A stretch of DNA of 64,000 nucleotides from Vulcanimicrobiota bacterium (GCA_963733295.1 CAVTCS010000003.1:608001-672000); one strand, 5' to 3'; counted from the first letter of the stretch, positions 39,463 through 50,001 are shown. Notes: a model not told the origin generated them from the sequence alone. Made by a program: numbers and translations.

Positions 39463-39648
39463 ATGCCGTTGAACGATGCGATGATGTTCCCGATCTCGTT
39501 CGCAGGGGCGCTGGTCGGGATCATCGGAATGATTCTTGCGCCGGACGGAGTCACCGGCGAAGTTGCGGGACTCTTGTTCCTAGCCTGCGCGATGATCTTT
39601 GGGATGCTGGTCGTCTGGTACCCAACCGGGGGGACGCCCGAACAATAG
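39463..39648 (+). CDS. Small two-TM membrane protein (61 aa)
   Basis: SD GGGAGG 6-7 nt before ATG; two hydrophobic helices. Confidence 0.65.
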   Translation: MPLNDAMMFPISFAGALVGIIGMILAPDGVTGEVAGLLFLACAMIFGMLVVWYPTGGTPEQ

Positions 39649-39665
39649 GCGAGCAGCCGAGTGTA

Positions 39666-41609
39666 TTAGGCTGCGATTACTTCGATGCGGTCGCTATCGC
39701 GCAACTCGACGCGCGCCGCGCCGCCTTCCTTGATTTCGCCGCGCAGGATTGCGCTCGAAAGCGCGTTCGTTACGAAGCGCGCAATCGTCCGGGCCACGTA
39801 CCGTGCGCCGCTGCCCGCGCCGAGACTCTCGCTCGCGAGAAAACGCCTCGCATCTTCGCTGAGTGAGATCGTGACGTGCAGGGCACCCAGCCGATCGGCC
39901 ACGGCGTTCATCTGCAGGTCGACGATCGACTCGATCTCGGGAAGACCGAGCGGTTTGAATTTCACGACCTCGTCGATGCGATTGAGCAATTCGGGGCGCA
40001 GGTAGATGTCGAGTTCGCTCGGATCGGCATTGCTGGTCAAAATGACGATCGAGTGCCGGAAGTCGACGGTGCGGCCCTTCGCGTCGGTGACGCGCCCATC
40101 GTCCAGGATTTGCAACAGGACGGCCGCCACGTCGGCGTGCGCCTTTTCGAATTCGTCGAAGAGAACCACCGAGTAGGGACGGCGCCGGATCGGCTCGGTC
40201 AGCTGCCCGGGTTCGTCGTGGCCGGCGTATCCTGGAGGCGCGCCCAGCAGACGCGAGACCGTGTGAGCCTCGGTGTATTCGGTCAAGTCGATGCGCACGA
40301 GCGCATCCTCGGTACCGAACAATTCGGCGGCGAGCGCGCGCGCCAGCTCGGTTTTTCCGACACCGCTGGGTCCGACGAAGAGGAAGCCGCCCATCGGCCG
40401 GCGCGGATCCTTGAGGCCGGCGCGCCCGCGCCTGATCGCTTGGGCGACCGCGCCGATCGCTTCGGGTTGCCCCACGATGCGTTTCTCGAGCGCATTTTCG
40501 AGCGCGAGCAGCCCGCGCGACTGGGCTTCGCTGAGCGAACCTTGCGGGATGCCGGTCCACTTGGATACGATCGCGGCAACGTCGGCGGGTTCGACGAGGA
40601 AGGCGCCGCGCATCGCGACGGAGGCGGCGGCCTCGTCCATGAGATCGATCGCCTTGTCGGGCAGAAAGCGATCGACGATGTAGCGTGCGGAAAGCGTCGC
40701 GGCCGCCTCCACCGCCGCGTCGGAGATCGTAACGGCGTGATGTTCGGCGTAGCGCGAACGCAGACCGCGCAAGATGCCCGCGGTCTGCTCGATCGTAGGT
40801 TCGGAAACCATGACGGGCTGGAAGCGGCGCTCGAGCGCAGCGTCCGACTCGACGTGCTTGCGATATTCGTCGAAGGTCGTCGCGCCGATGCACTGCAGGT
40901 CGCCGCGCGCCAGTTCGGGCTTGATCATCGACGACAGGTCGAGGGAACCTTCGGCCGCTCCGGCACCGACGAGCGTGTGCAGCTCGTCGATGAATAAGAC
41001 GACCTCGCGCGACGCGCGCGCGACTTCGTCGAGAATGCGTTTGACGCGGCTTTCGAACTCACCGCGGTATTTCGTGCCGGCAACGAGCGGTCCGAGCGCG
41101 AGCGAAAGGATCCGCTTATCGCGCAGGCCCGCTGGTACGTCCCCTCGCGCGATGCGTTGGGCCAGACCCTCGACGATCGCCGTCTTACCGACGCCCGGCT
41201 CGCCGACCAGCACGGGGTTGTTCTTGCTGCGGCGCGAGAGGATCGCGATCACGCGCTCGATCTCGTCCGAGCGTCCGACCACCGGATCGAGCTCTCCCGC
41301 TCGAGCAGCAGCCGTGAGGTCTCGCGAGTAGGCGGCCAGAGTCGGCGTTCCACCGCGCAAGCGCTTGGCCCACTCGCGCGGGTCGGCCGAGGGTTCGCGC
41401 TCGCGCCGCTGCAAGCGGTCGATGGCATACGTCGTCCCGGCTGCGAGCGCGACCGCCGCGAGGGCGGACCCGAGCAGCGGGACGATGGCCATCCGCCTCC
41501 GCCGAGCGCACGTTTCGCAGACGTCGGCGGCGACCCAGCTGCCCATCCGCATGGTGAAATCGCGGACGGTCGCCGGGCGCGTGCCGCAGGTTTCGCAGAG
41601 TTGTGTCAT
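39666..41609 (-). CDS. Class I Clp/Hsp100 ATPase with N-terminal Zn finger and hydrophobic segment
   Basis: [55 protein letters not shown]. Confidence 0.9.
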   Translation of the reverse strand: MTQLCETCGTRPATVRDFTMRMGSWVAADVCETCARRRRMAIVPLLGSALAAVALAAGTTYAIDRLQRREREPSADPREWAKRLRGGTPTLAAYSRDLTAAARAGELDPVVGRSDEIERVIAILSRRSKNNPVLVGEPGVGKTAIVEGLAQRIARGDVPAGLRDKRILSLALGPLVAGTKYRGEFESRVKRILDEVARASREVVLFIDELHTLVGAGAAEGSLDLSSMIKPELARGDLQCIGATTFDEYRKHVESDAALERRFQPVMVSEPTIEQTAGILRGLRSRYAEHHAVTISDAAVEAAATLSARYIVDRFLPDKAIDLMDEAAASVAMRGAFLVEPADVAAIVSKWTGIPQGSLSEAQSRGLLALENALEKRIVGQPEAIGAVAQAIRRGRAGLKDPRRPMGGFLFVGPSGVGKTELARALAAELFGTEDALVRIDLTEYTEAHTVSRLLGAPPGYAGHDEPGQLTEPIRRRPYSVVLFDEFEKAHADVAAVLLQILDDGRVTDAKGRTVDFRHSIVILTSNADPSELDIYLRPELLNRIDEVVKFKPLGLPEIESIVDLQMNAVADRLGALHVTISLSEDARRFLASESLGAGSGARYVARTIARFVTNALSSAILRGEIKEGGAARVELRDSDRIEVIAA

Positions 41610-41740
41610 CCTTGCTCCTGACTACCACTTCGCCAGGGGGGCGGTTTCAGCTTCAAAGCACAGTTGGGGAAAGGACCCGACCGTGGCTTACGTTAATACG
41701 AACGGGCTTCACCGGCCAGAGGGTTCGATCAGCAGCAGCC

Positions 41741-41986
41741 ATGTCGTACATCATCACCGAGCCGTGCATCGGCACCAAGGATAAGTCTTGTGTCGACGTG
41801 TGCCCCGTCGATTGTATTCACGGCCGCGAAGAAGACAAGATGCTGTTCATCGATCCCGAGGTCTGCATCGACTGCGGCGCGTGCGTTTCGGCCTGCCCCG
41901 TCGAGGCGATCTACGCGGATTCCGATGTCCCCGACAAGTGGAAGAACTACATCGAAATCAACGCCGAGTACTTTAAGAAGGTCTGA
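41741..41986 (+). CDS. 7Fe ([3Fe-4S][4Fe-4S]) ferredoxin
   Basis: YIITEPC..CVDVCPVDCI..CIDCGAC...CPVEAI. Confidence 0.93.
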   Translation: MSYIITEPCIGTKDKSCVDVCPVDCIHGREEDKMLFIDPEVCIDCGACVSACPVEAIYADSDVPDKWKNYIEINAEYFKKV

Positions 41987-42039
41987 GAGAGCTCCCCGGG
42001 GTTTCGGGGGTTCGGCAATCCCATAGCGCCAATGGCGCT

Positions 42040-42714
42040 GTGATGGAGCGGAGCCAGGCCCGGGAATTGATGGACGACCCGGCCGTCGACGCGGTCGAGC
42101 TGGCCGGCAACTTTGCGGATATCGAGCGCGCGAACGCTTGGTTCGGCGGCGCTCGCGCCGTCGTGCGCGAAGTCTTCGCGCGAGGCGCCCGCCGCGTTCT
42201 CGACGTGGGTTGTGGAAGCGCCGATGTCCCGCGCGCGCTGCTCGCCGAAAGCCGCCGCCGGGGTCGTCCGCTCGAGGTCGTCGCCCTCGATCGCAGCGCC
42301 GCCATTTTGGAAATCGCGCGCGAGCGTTCGCGCGGCGAGAGCGCGCTGCATTTCGTGCAAGCCGAGGGCGAGGCGCTGCCCTTCGCGGACGCCGAGTTCG
42401 ACGTCGCGACCTGCAACTTGGCCTTGCATCACTTCGACCCGCCGGCGGCGGTCACGCTGCTCGCCGAGCTGCGTCGCGTTGCGGCCGTCGCCCCGCTCGT
42501 GTGCGATTTACGCCGCTCGCGCCACGCCTATTTCGCGACGCGAGTTTTCACGACGTTCATCGCGCGGAATCGGCTCACCAAACACGATGCGCCGCTGTCG
42601 GTATTGCGTGCGTATTCGCCGGACGAGGCCCTCGAACTCGCGCGGCGCGCGGGTTGGCGCGAACCGCGCGTGCGGCGCGACGCGTTCTTCCGCATGGTGC
42701 TCAGCGATGCCTGA
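42040..42714 (+). CDS. SAM-dependent methyltransferase (type usually seen beside type III PKS genes)
   Basis: ELMDD, LDVGCGSAD, LHHF, DLRR, HDAPLSV.RAY. Confidence 0.85.
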   Translation: MMERSQARELMDDPAVDAVELAGNFADIERANAWFGGARAVVREVFARGARRVLDVGCGSADVPRALLAESRRRGRPLEVVALDRSAAILEIARERSRGESALHFVQAEGEALPFADAEFDVATCNLALHHFDPPAAVTLLAELRRVAAVAPLVCDLRRSRHAYFATRVFTTFIARNRLTKHDAPLSVLRAYSPDEALELARRAGWREPRVRRDAFFRMVLSDA

Positions 42715-43882
42715 CGTCATCGTCGTCGGGGCGGGGCCGGCAGGTGCCGCCACCGCTCTCGACCTCGCCCGCCGCGGCTTCGGCGTAACGATCGTCGAGA
42801 GGGCACGCTTCCCGCGGCGAAAAGTGTGCGGCGAGTATCTCAACGGGGGTGCAGTCGAAGCGCTCGAGTCGCTGGGCCTCGCCGCAGTCGCCCGCGCGCA
42901 AGGGAATCCGCTGCGCGGGTTGCGCCTGGTGACGCCCGGAACCGCGCCGCTCGAGTTGCGCTTTCCGGCACCGGTGCTCGCGCTTGCGCGCGCCGACCTC
43001 GACGCGTTGATTCTCGACGCCGCACTGGGAGCGGGCGCCCGTCTCGTGCGCGCGCGCGTCGAGGAGCTGCTCTTCGACGGCGACCGCGTAAGCGGGGTCG
43101 TCGCGCGGGACGAGTCGGGCGCATTGGAGCGGTTGGGTGCGCGCTTCGTCGCGGGCGCCGACGGCAGCGGCTCGCTGGTTGCCCGGAAACTCGGCGTTGC
43201 TCGCCGCTCGCGCGGTACGCGGCGCTTTGCGATCGGGGGTCATTACCGGGGATTCGGAGATCTCGGCGAGCACCTCGAGATGTACGTCGGGGGCGGCGCG
43301 TATTTTGCGATCAATCCGCTCGACGCCGAACGCGCCAACGTCATGGTCGTCGTGCGCGAAGGACAGTTGGCGGCATGGTCCGGCGCCGTCGATGAGGGCG
43401 TGCGCGGTAAGGCGCTCGAGTTAGGTCGCGGCCATCGCTCGTTTTCGGAGGCGCAACGCATCGGAGAGCGCGTTTCGTTCGGCCCGCTGACGTTCGCGGT
43501 GACCCAAGCCGCGCGTCCGGGGGCGCTGCTCGTCGGCGACGCGGCAGGTTTTTTGAACCCCTTTACGGGGCAGGGGGTGTTCCTCGCACTGCGCGGAGCT
43601 GCGGAGGCGGCCGCGGCGCTGGCGGCCGCGCTCGACGCACCCGAGCGCGAGGAGCAGACGCTGCGGGAGTACGCGCAGCGCCGGGCCGAAGATTTGCGCG
43701 CGCGGCGCAGGCTGGCGCGCGTCGTCGACGCACTGGTCGACGTGCCGTTTCTCGCGCGGCGCGCGGCGGCGCGGTTGCGGCGTTTCCCCGAATTGGGTGA
43801 CGCGCTGCTCGGGGCGCTGAGCGGTACGATGGCCCCAGAACGCGCGCTCTCGCCGGCGGTGCTCGGACGCCTAATCGTATGA
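42707..43882 (+). CDS. FAD-dependent oxidoreductase (geranylgeranyl reductase / monooxygenase superfamily)
   Basis: GAGPAG, FPRRKVCGE, GADG, VGDAAGFLNPFTGQG. Confidence 0.88.
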   Translation: MPDVIVVGAGPAGAATALDLARRGFGVTIVERARFPRRKVCGEYLNGGAVEALESLGLAAVARAQGNPLRGLRLVTPGTAPLELRFPAPVLALARADLDALILDAALGAGARLVRARVEELLFDGDRVSGVVARDESGALERLGARFVAGADGSGSLVARKLGVARRSRGTRRFAIGGHYRGFGDLGEHLEMYVGGGAYFAINPLDAERANVMVVVREGQLAAWSGAVDEGVRGKALELGRGHRSFSEAQRIGERVSFGPLTFAVTQAARPGALLVGDAAGFLNPFTGQGVFLALRGAAEAAAALAAALDAPEREEQTLREYAQRRAEDLRARRRLARVVDALVDVPFLARRAAARLRRFPELGDALLGALSGTMAPERALSPAVLGRLIV

Positions 43883-44325
43883 CCGAAACCAAGAACGAGA
43901 TCGTGATCGCGGCGCCGGCCCGGCGCATCTACGATTTGGCGGTGGCAACGGAGCGCTGGCCCGAGTTCTTGCCGCATTACCGTTACGTGCGCGTGCTGGA
44001 AGAGCGTGCCGAAGGACGCGTCGTCGAAATGGCGGCCCTGCGGGATTTCATTCCGATCCGCTGGGTCGCAGAGCAGATCAGCGATCCGCAAGGTCCGAGC
44101 ATCCGGTTTCGGCATTTGCGCGGCTGGACGCGCGGCATGGACGTCGTTTGGCGCTTCGAACCGCTCGAGGAAGGAACGCGAGTCACGATCGAGCACCGCT
44201 TGGCCTTCATCTTTCCGTTCGCAGCGGAGTGGCTCGGCCGCAACGTCGTTTCGCGGTTTTTTATCGAGAACGTCGCGAGTAAGACGCTGGCACGCATGAA
44301 GGTTCTGGCCGAGACTCCGGCTTGA
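43879..44325 (+). CDS. SRPBCC/START-fold polyketide cyclase/aromatase-like protein
   Basis: IAAPARRIYDLA..WPEFLPHY..GMDVVWRF. Confidence 0.82.
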   Translation: MTETKNEIVIAAPARRIYDLAVATERWPEFLPHYRYVRVLEERAEGRVVEMAALRDFIPIRWVAEQISDPQGPSIRFRHLRGWTRGMDVVWRFEPLEEGTRVTIEHRLAFIFPFAAEWLGRNVVSRFFIENVASKTLARMKVLAETPA

Positions 44326-45569
44326 GTTCGAACGGGATGTATCGCGCAGTCGTCACCGGAATCGGCATCATTTCCCCGCTCGGGAACGGCGTTCGAACCT
44401 TTTGGGACCGGATACTCGAGGGGCAGGTCGGCGTCGCGCCGGTCACGCGCTTCGACGCGAGCGAGTTCTCGTCGCGAATCGCCGGCGAGGTCAACGACTT
44501 CGACCCGGCCGATTATCTCGACGCCAAGCGCCTGCGCTGGACCGACCGCTACGCGCAGTTTTCAATCGCTGCTTCCCGGATGGCCCTCGACGACGCCGGC
44601 TTCTCCATTGAGGGCCGCGAGGACGAGACCGGCATCTACATCGGCTCCGCGCTCGGCGGTCTCGCTTACGCCGAAGATCAGCATGGCGTGTTTCGCGACC
44701 AAGGCATCAAGCACGTGCGACCGCTGCTGGCGATCTCCGTTTTCGGCGGAGCGGCGACGACGCAGGTCGCACTCGAGCTGGGCATTCGCGGACCGAACTT
44801 GGCGAACGGTAATTCGTGCGCCGCGGGTTCCGTGGCGATCGGCGAGGCGTTCCGCGCGATCGCGCGCGGTGACGTGCGCGCCTCGCTCGCGGGCGGCGTC
44901 GAAGCGCCGCTCTCGCCGCTGATTTTCGGCGCTTTCGCAATCATCCGTGCGATGTCGACTCGCAATGCCGAACCGGCGCACGCCAGCCGTCCGTTCGACC
45001 GCGATCGCGACGGCTTCGTCATGGCTGAAGGCGCCGGGATGCTCGTCCTCGAGCGCTTGGAGGACGCCGAGGCGCGAGGTGCCCGCATCTATGGCGAGAT
45101 CACCGGTTTCGGACTCACCGGCGACGCCCACCACATGACGGCGCCGGATCCCGAGGCTCGCGCGTCGTCGCGCGCAATGCAGAATGCGCTGCGCGAGGCT
45201 CGGGTCGCGCCGGGCGAGATCGAGATGATCGACGCGCACGGTTCGTCGAGCAAACTCAACGACGTGACGGAAACGCTGGCGATCGAGCGGACCTTCGGCG
45301 AGACCGCCGCCTCGATACCGATCGTCGCGACGAAAGGTCAGCACGGACACGCGCTCGGCGCGACTGGGGCGTGGGAGGTCGCACTCTCGCTTTTGGCCAT
45401 GAGCGAGGGCCGCCTTCCCGGCGCCGTCAACCTGCAGCATCGCGACCCGGCCTGCAACTTGAACGTCGTGCACGATGCCCGCGACGCGCGTCCCCGCATC
45501 GCGCTCTCGAACTCGACCGGCTTCGGAGGGATCAACGCGGCTCTCGTCCTGCGAAGCGCCGGCGCGTGA
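44322..45569 (+). CDS. Beta-ketoacyl synthase (FabF / KS-alpha-like)
   Basis: VVTGIG, catalytic Cys (NSCAAG), His (DAHG), His (GHALGA), RPFDRDRDGFV, GFGG.N. Confidence 0.92.
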   Translation: MSSNGMYRAVVTGIGIISPLGNGVRTFWDRILEGQVGVAPVTRFDASEFSSRIAGEVNDFDPADYLDAKRLRWTDRYAQFSIAASRMALDDAGFSIEGREDETGIYIGSALGGLAYAEDQHGVFRDQGIKHVRPLLAISVFGGAATTQVALELGIRGPNLANGNSCAAGSVAIGEAFRAIARGDVRASLAGGVEAPLSPLIFGAFAIIRAMSTRNAEPAHASRPFDRDRDGFVMAEGAGMLVLERLEDAEARGARIYGEITGFGLTGDAHHMTAPDPEARASSRAMQNALREARVAPGEIEMIDAHGSSSKLNDVTETLAIERTFGETAASIPIVATKGQHGHALGATGAWEVALSLLAMSEGRLPGAVNLQHRDPACNLNVVHDARDARPRIALSNSTGFGGINAALVLRSAGA

Positions 45570-46255
45570 GCGCGCCGGAGGGCGTCGTCAGCGTCGTCGG
45601 CGTCAGCAAACGCTATTCGGCGGCCGCCGCCGACGAAGTTCGCGCGCTCGACGACGTCACGTTCGACGTGAACGCGGGCGAGATGGTCGCGGTGATGGGT
45701 CCGAGCGGCTGCGGCAAGACCACCTTGCTCAACTTGATCGGTTGCGTCGACTTGCCGACATCGGGCGCGGTAGTTCTCGACGGACGGGCCACCTCCGATC
45801 TCGACGACGACGACCTGACGATGCTGCGGCGCGACCGCGTCGGCACGGTCTTTCAATTCTTCAACCTGTTGCCGTCCCTGACGATCGCCGAGAACGTCGG
45901 GTTTCCGCTCGTCTTGCAGCGCCGGGAGCGTGACGAAATCGAGCGCCGCGTGCACGTCGCGCTTGAAGCGGTCGGAATCGCCGACAAAGCCGGCGCCTAT
46001 CCGGCGCAAGCCTCCGGCGGCCAGCTCCAGCGCGCCGCCGTTGCGCGCGCAACGATCCATCGGCCCGCGATCGTGCTAGCCGACGAGCCGACGGGTAATC
46101 TCGATTCGCGCAACGGCGCCGCGGTACTGCGCCTCTTGCATTCGATCGCCGCCGGCGGGCAAGCGATCTTGTTGGCGACGCATTCGAGCGAGGCGGCTTC
46201 CGCCTGCGATCGCACGATCCATCTGCAGGACGGGCGCATCGTCGATTTGAGATGA
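45566..46255 (+). CDS. ABC transporter ATP-binding protein (LolD/MacB-like)
   Basis: GPSGCGKT, SGGQLQR, ADEPTGNLD. Confidence 0.92.
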   Translation: MSAPEGVVSVVGVSKRYSAAAADEVRALDDVTFDVNAGEMVAVMGPSGCGKTTLLNLIGCVDLPTSGAVVLDGRATSDLDDDDLTMLRRDRVGTVFQFFNLLPSLTIAENVGFPLVLQRRERDEIERRVHVALEAVGIADKAGAYPAQASGGQLQRAAVARATIHRPAIVLADEPTGNLDSRNGAAVLRLLHSIAAGGQAILLATHSSEAASACDRTIHLQDGRIVDLR

Positions 46256-48828
46256 CGCTCTTTCGAACCCTGGTTCTCGGACACATCCGGCACAACGGGC
46301 TGCGCACCCTCGTCACGCTGTTCGCGGTCGGCCTCGGCGTCGCGATTTCACTTGCGGTCGATCTTGCCAACGCGACGGCCGTCGACTCGTTTTCGAAGAA
46401 CGTCAACCTGATCGCGAACCATGTCAACCTGCAGGTCTTGGGCATCGGTCGCGGGTTCGACGAGCGCACCCTCCTGCGCGTGCAAGGACTCGATGGGGTC
46501 AGGGACGCGAGCCCGGTGATCGAAGATGCGCTGGTCGCCGGCGCCCATCCCGACGACCCGATGTCGGGCGAGATCCTCCACGTGCTGGGGGTCGATCTCT
46601 TGCGTCCCCTCCCGCACGACGAATCGCAACGCGTCGCGGCTCCCGGGGCCTACGACGCGGCGGAGCCGCAGAGCGATCCCTATCGGCTGATCGGAGGGCG
46701 GGGCGCGATCGTCTCGCAGCGCGTGGCCGGCCGTTATCATCTGCAGCCGGGGAGTACGTTTCGCGCGCTGGCCGGTGATCGGCCGGTGCGTCTCAAGGTC
46801 GTCGCGATCTTTCCGCCTTCGGTGCCGGGCATCGATTCGAGCGTCGTCTTCGTCGACATTGCGACGGCTCAGGAGATCTTTGGAAAAGTCGGCCTGCTCG
46901 ATCGGATCGATCTCGTCGTCGATCCAGCTCGCATCGCATCGATCCGGCACGCCGTCGAAGGTGCGATCCCCTTCGGAACGCGCGTGATCGAGCCGAAGGT
47001 GCGCACCGCCGAGATCCAACGGATGCTGCGCAGCTTCGCACTGAACCTCGCGGCACTTTCGTACGTCGCGATGCTCGTCGGGATGTACTTGATCTACAAC
47101 ACGGTCGCGATCTCGGTCGTGCAGCGGCGACCCGAGATCGGAACGGTGCGCGCGCTCGGTGCGACGCGCCGCCAGATCTTCGCGACGTTCCTTGCCGAGG
47201 GCGTTGCGTTCGGAGTTTGCGGCTCGCTCGTGGGCCTCGCGCTCGGCGCTTTCCTCGCGCAATTTTCGGTCGGCGCCGTCGCGCAAACGGTCGATACGCT
47301 CTACGTCGGTACGCATGTCGATCGCGTCGATTACGCGCCGCTCCTGCTCGTCAAGGCGCTGCTCCTCGGGATCGTACTAGCCGCGCTGTCGGCGCTTGCG
47401 CCGGCGCTCGAAGCCGCTCGGACGCTCCCCGCGATCACGATGCGTGCCGCGGGTTACGAGAGCCGCGCCGGGCGGCCCGGTATCGGTCTCGCGCTTGCGG
47501 GTCTCGTCGCGTTCGTCCTCGCCGGGTTCGCGGCGAGGCTTCCCGCCGTCGACTCCGTGCCGGTCTTCGGTTACGCCTGCGGTCTGCTGATCGTTGCCGG
47601 TGCATCGCTCTGCATGCCGCTCGTCGTCGCCCGCGCCGCCGCGCTGCTGCGCGCGCTCACCGGCAAGCTCTCGCCGTGCGCCCGGCTCGCGGCCGCGAAT
47701 CTGGGCGCCGCGCCGCGCCGCACCGCGGTCGCAGTGGCCGCTCTGATGGTCGCGATCGGGATGATGGTCAGCGTCGCAATTCTGATCGGTTCGTTCCGGG
47801 CGACCGTCGTCGCGTGGGCCGACGAGACGCTGAGGGCAGACCTCTTCGTGCGACCGCTCGGTCTGGTGGACGCTTCGATCGATTCACGCTTCGCACCGCG
47901 GGTCGCGACGAAGATCGCGGCGCTGCCCGGCGTCGCCGCGGTCGACACGCTCCGCGCAATCACCATTCCCTTCCACGGTTCTCTGACCACCCTCGCGGCG
48001 ACCGACCTCGCCTCGCTCGTCGCGCGAAAGAAGGTTCGCTTCATCGGAAACGTCGATGCAGCTGCGCTCGCTCGCACGCTGCCGAGCTCCGACCGCGTGC
48101 TCGTCAGCGATCCGTTCGCCACTCGCTTCAACGTCTTCGAAGGAGACACGCTGCGCATCGAAACCCCGAGCGGCCCGGTCGATCTCAAGGTGGCTGCCCT
48201 CTACAACGACTACTCGAGCGACGGCGGCATCATCATCCTCGACTCGCGCACCTTCACCAAGCTCTTCCACGACGCTTCGTTCAACTCGCTGGCCATCTAC
48301 GCCGAGCCCGGTACCGATCTCCAAAGCCTGCGCTCGCGCGTCATCCGGCGCCTCTTCCCGCTGCGCGTCGACGTTCAAACCACACGCGAATTGCGCAAAC
48401 TCGTCATTACGATCTTCAACCGCACGTTCGCGATAACGTACGCGCTGTACGTCATCTCGATCGCGATCGCCGTGCTCGGGATCGTCAGCACGCTGTTCGC
48501 GCTCGTCCTCGAGCGGCGGCGCGAAATCGGCCTGATGCGCTACCTCGGACTGCGTGCGTCGGAAGTCCGCACCATGATCCTCTACGAAGCCGCTTACATC
48601 GGCGCGCTGGGAGGCTCGAGCGGCATTGCGGTCGGCATCCTGCTTGCGCTCTTGCTGATCTTCGTGATCAACCGTCAGGCTTTCGGCTGGCTGATCGAGC
48701 TGCACATGCCGTGGGAATTTCTCGCCACGTCGTTTGGGCTCGTCATCGTCGCGGCGCTGCTCGCTGGACTGTACCCCGCTCGCGTTGCAGCTCGCATCCG
48801 GACGGCGGAAGCGGTGCGGACCGAATGA
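46252..48828 (+). CDS. ABC transporter permease, duplicated MacB-PCD/FtsX architecture
   Basis: Two FtsX-type halves (QRRPEIGTVRALGA; ERRREIGLMRYLG). Confidence 0.9.
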   Translation: MTLFRTLVLGHIRHNGLRTLVTLFAVGLGVAISLAVDLANATAVDSFSKNVNLIANHVNLQVLGIGRGFDERTLLRVQGLDGVRDASPVIEDALVAGAHPDDPMSGEILHVLGVDLLRPLPHDESQRVAAPGAYDAAEPQSDPYRLIGGRGAIVSQRVAGRYHLQPGSTFRALAGDRPVRLKVVAIFPPSVPGIDSSVVFVDIATAQEIFGKVGLLDRIDLVVDPARIASIRHAVEGAIPFGTRVIEPKVRTAEIQRMLRSFALNLAALSYVAMLVGMYLIYNTVAISVVQRRPEIGTVRALGATRRQIFATFLAEGVAFGVCGSLVGLALGAFLAQFSVGAVAQTVDTLYVGTHVDRVDYAPLLLVKALLLGIVLAALSALAPALEAARTLPAITMRAAGYESRAGRPGIGLALAGLVAFVLAGFAARLPAVDSVPVFGYACGLLIVAGASLCMPLVVARAAALLRALTGKLSPCARLAAANLGAAPRRTAVAVAALMVAIGMMVSVAILIGSFRATVVAWADETLRADLFVRPLGLVDASIDSRFAPRVATKIAALPGVAAVDTLRAITIPFHGSLTTLAATDLASLVARKKVRFIGNVDAAALARTLPSSDRVLVSDPFATRFNVFEGDTLRIETPSGPVDLKVAALYNDYSSDGGIIILDSRTFTKLFHDASFNSLAIYAEPGTDLQSLRSRVIRRLFPLRVDVQTTRELRKLVITIFNRTFAITYALYVISIAIAVLGIVSTLFALVLERRREIGLMRYLGLRASEVRTMILYEAAYIGALGGSSGIAVGILLALLLIFVINRQAFGWLIELHMPWEFLATSFGLVIVAALLAGLYPARVAARIRTAEAVRTE

Positions 48829-49982
48829 GCCGGCCGTTCGGCGCGGTTCTTTTGGGCCTCACGCTCGCGCTGATGTCGCTGCCGGCGCGAAGCGGAGCCG
48901 GCGACCGGCTTGCCGATGGGTTCGAGAGCGCGGGCACGCCGTATGCGTTCTCGTTTCCGCGCGACCATGCGGCGCACAAGCAGTTCCAGAGTGAGTGGTG
49001 GTATTACACGGGGCATCTCGTAACGCGGAGCGGCCGGCGCTTCGGCTACGAGCTGACCTTCTTTCGCGTCGCGATGCGTCCGGGCGATCCGACGCCTGGG
49101 CCGGGACAGAGCCGTTGGCGCGGCACTCAGTTGTATCCGGCGCACTTCGCGATCACCGATGAGGCCGGTAAGGAATTCTTCTACACGAGCCGGTTTGCGC
49201 GGGAGGCGCTTGGGATGGGATCGTCGTCGAGCGACCGCCTCGAGGTGAAAGCGCTCGACTGGACGCTGACGGGCCGCAGCATGAACGATCGGCGCTTCGA
49301 AGAGATGAAGATGCACGCGCGCGAGCCGGACGGACCGGGCGGCGTCGTGGCCCTCGACCTCGTGCAGACGCCCGAAAAGCCGCCGGCGGTTCACGGCCGG
49401 GACGGAATCTCGAAGAAGGGGTCGTGCGCTTCGTGCGCGTCGCACTATTACTCGTACACGCGGTTGCGCTCGCGAGGGGCGTTGGCGTTCGGCGGGCAGC
49501 GCTTTGCGGTCGAGGGCATTTCGTGGATGGATCACGAGTTCGGCTCGGGTCAGCTGCAGCCCGATCAAACGGGCTGGGATTGGTACTCGATTCAGCTCGA
49601 TGATGGCCGCGAACTCATGTTGTACGTGTTGCGTCAGAAGGGCGGAAGCGTCACGCCCGAGTCGAGCGGAAGCCTGATCGAGCGCGACGGGAGCGTCGAG
49701 TACCTGCCCCTCGCGGCATTCTCGGCGGTAGCGACGGGAAGCTGGAAGAGTCCGCATACCGGTGCGACGTATCCGAGTGGCTGGCGAGTGCGGGTTCCGC
49801 GCGCGGGAATCGACCTCGTGCTGAGGCCGGTGCTGGCCGATCAAGAGTTGGCGCTCACAACCGGCGAAGAGGTTTCGTATTGGGAGGGCGCAGTCGACGT
49901 CCAAGCTGCGAGTCGACCCGGCACGCAAGCCGGCGCGGGATACGTCGAGTTGACCGGTTACGCGGGGACGGTAACGCTGTGA
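48825..49982 (+). CDS. Secreted AttH/CrtC-like lipocalin-fold protein
   Basis: FPRDH, EWWYYTG, YYSYTR, WMDHE, GWDW, YWEG, GYVELTGY. Confidence 0.88.
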   Translation: MSRPFGAVLLGLTLALMSLPARSGAGDRLADGFESAGTPYAFSFPRDHAAHKQFQSEWWYYTGHLVTRSGRRFGYELTFFRVAMRPGDPTPGPGQSRWRGTQLYPAHFAITDEAGKEFFYTSRFAREALGMGSSSSDRLEVKALDWTLTGRSMNDRRFEEMKMHAREPDGPGGVVALDLVQTPEKPPAVHGRDGISKKGSCASCASHYYSYTRLRSRGALAFGGQRFAVEGISWMDHEFGSGQLQPDQTGWDWYSIQLDDGRELMLYVLRQKGGSVTPESSGSLIERDGSVEYLPLAAFSAVATGSWKSPHTGATYPSGWRVRVPRAGIDLVLRPVLADQELALTTGEEVSYWEGAVDVQAASRPGTQAGAGYVELTGYAGTVTL

Positions 49983-50001
49983 GCGAGAAGTCGCGCTTCA
50001 A

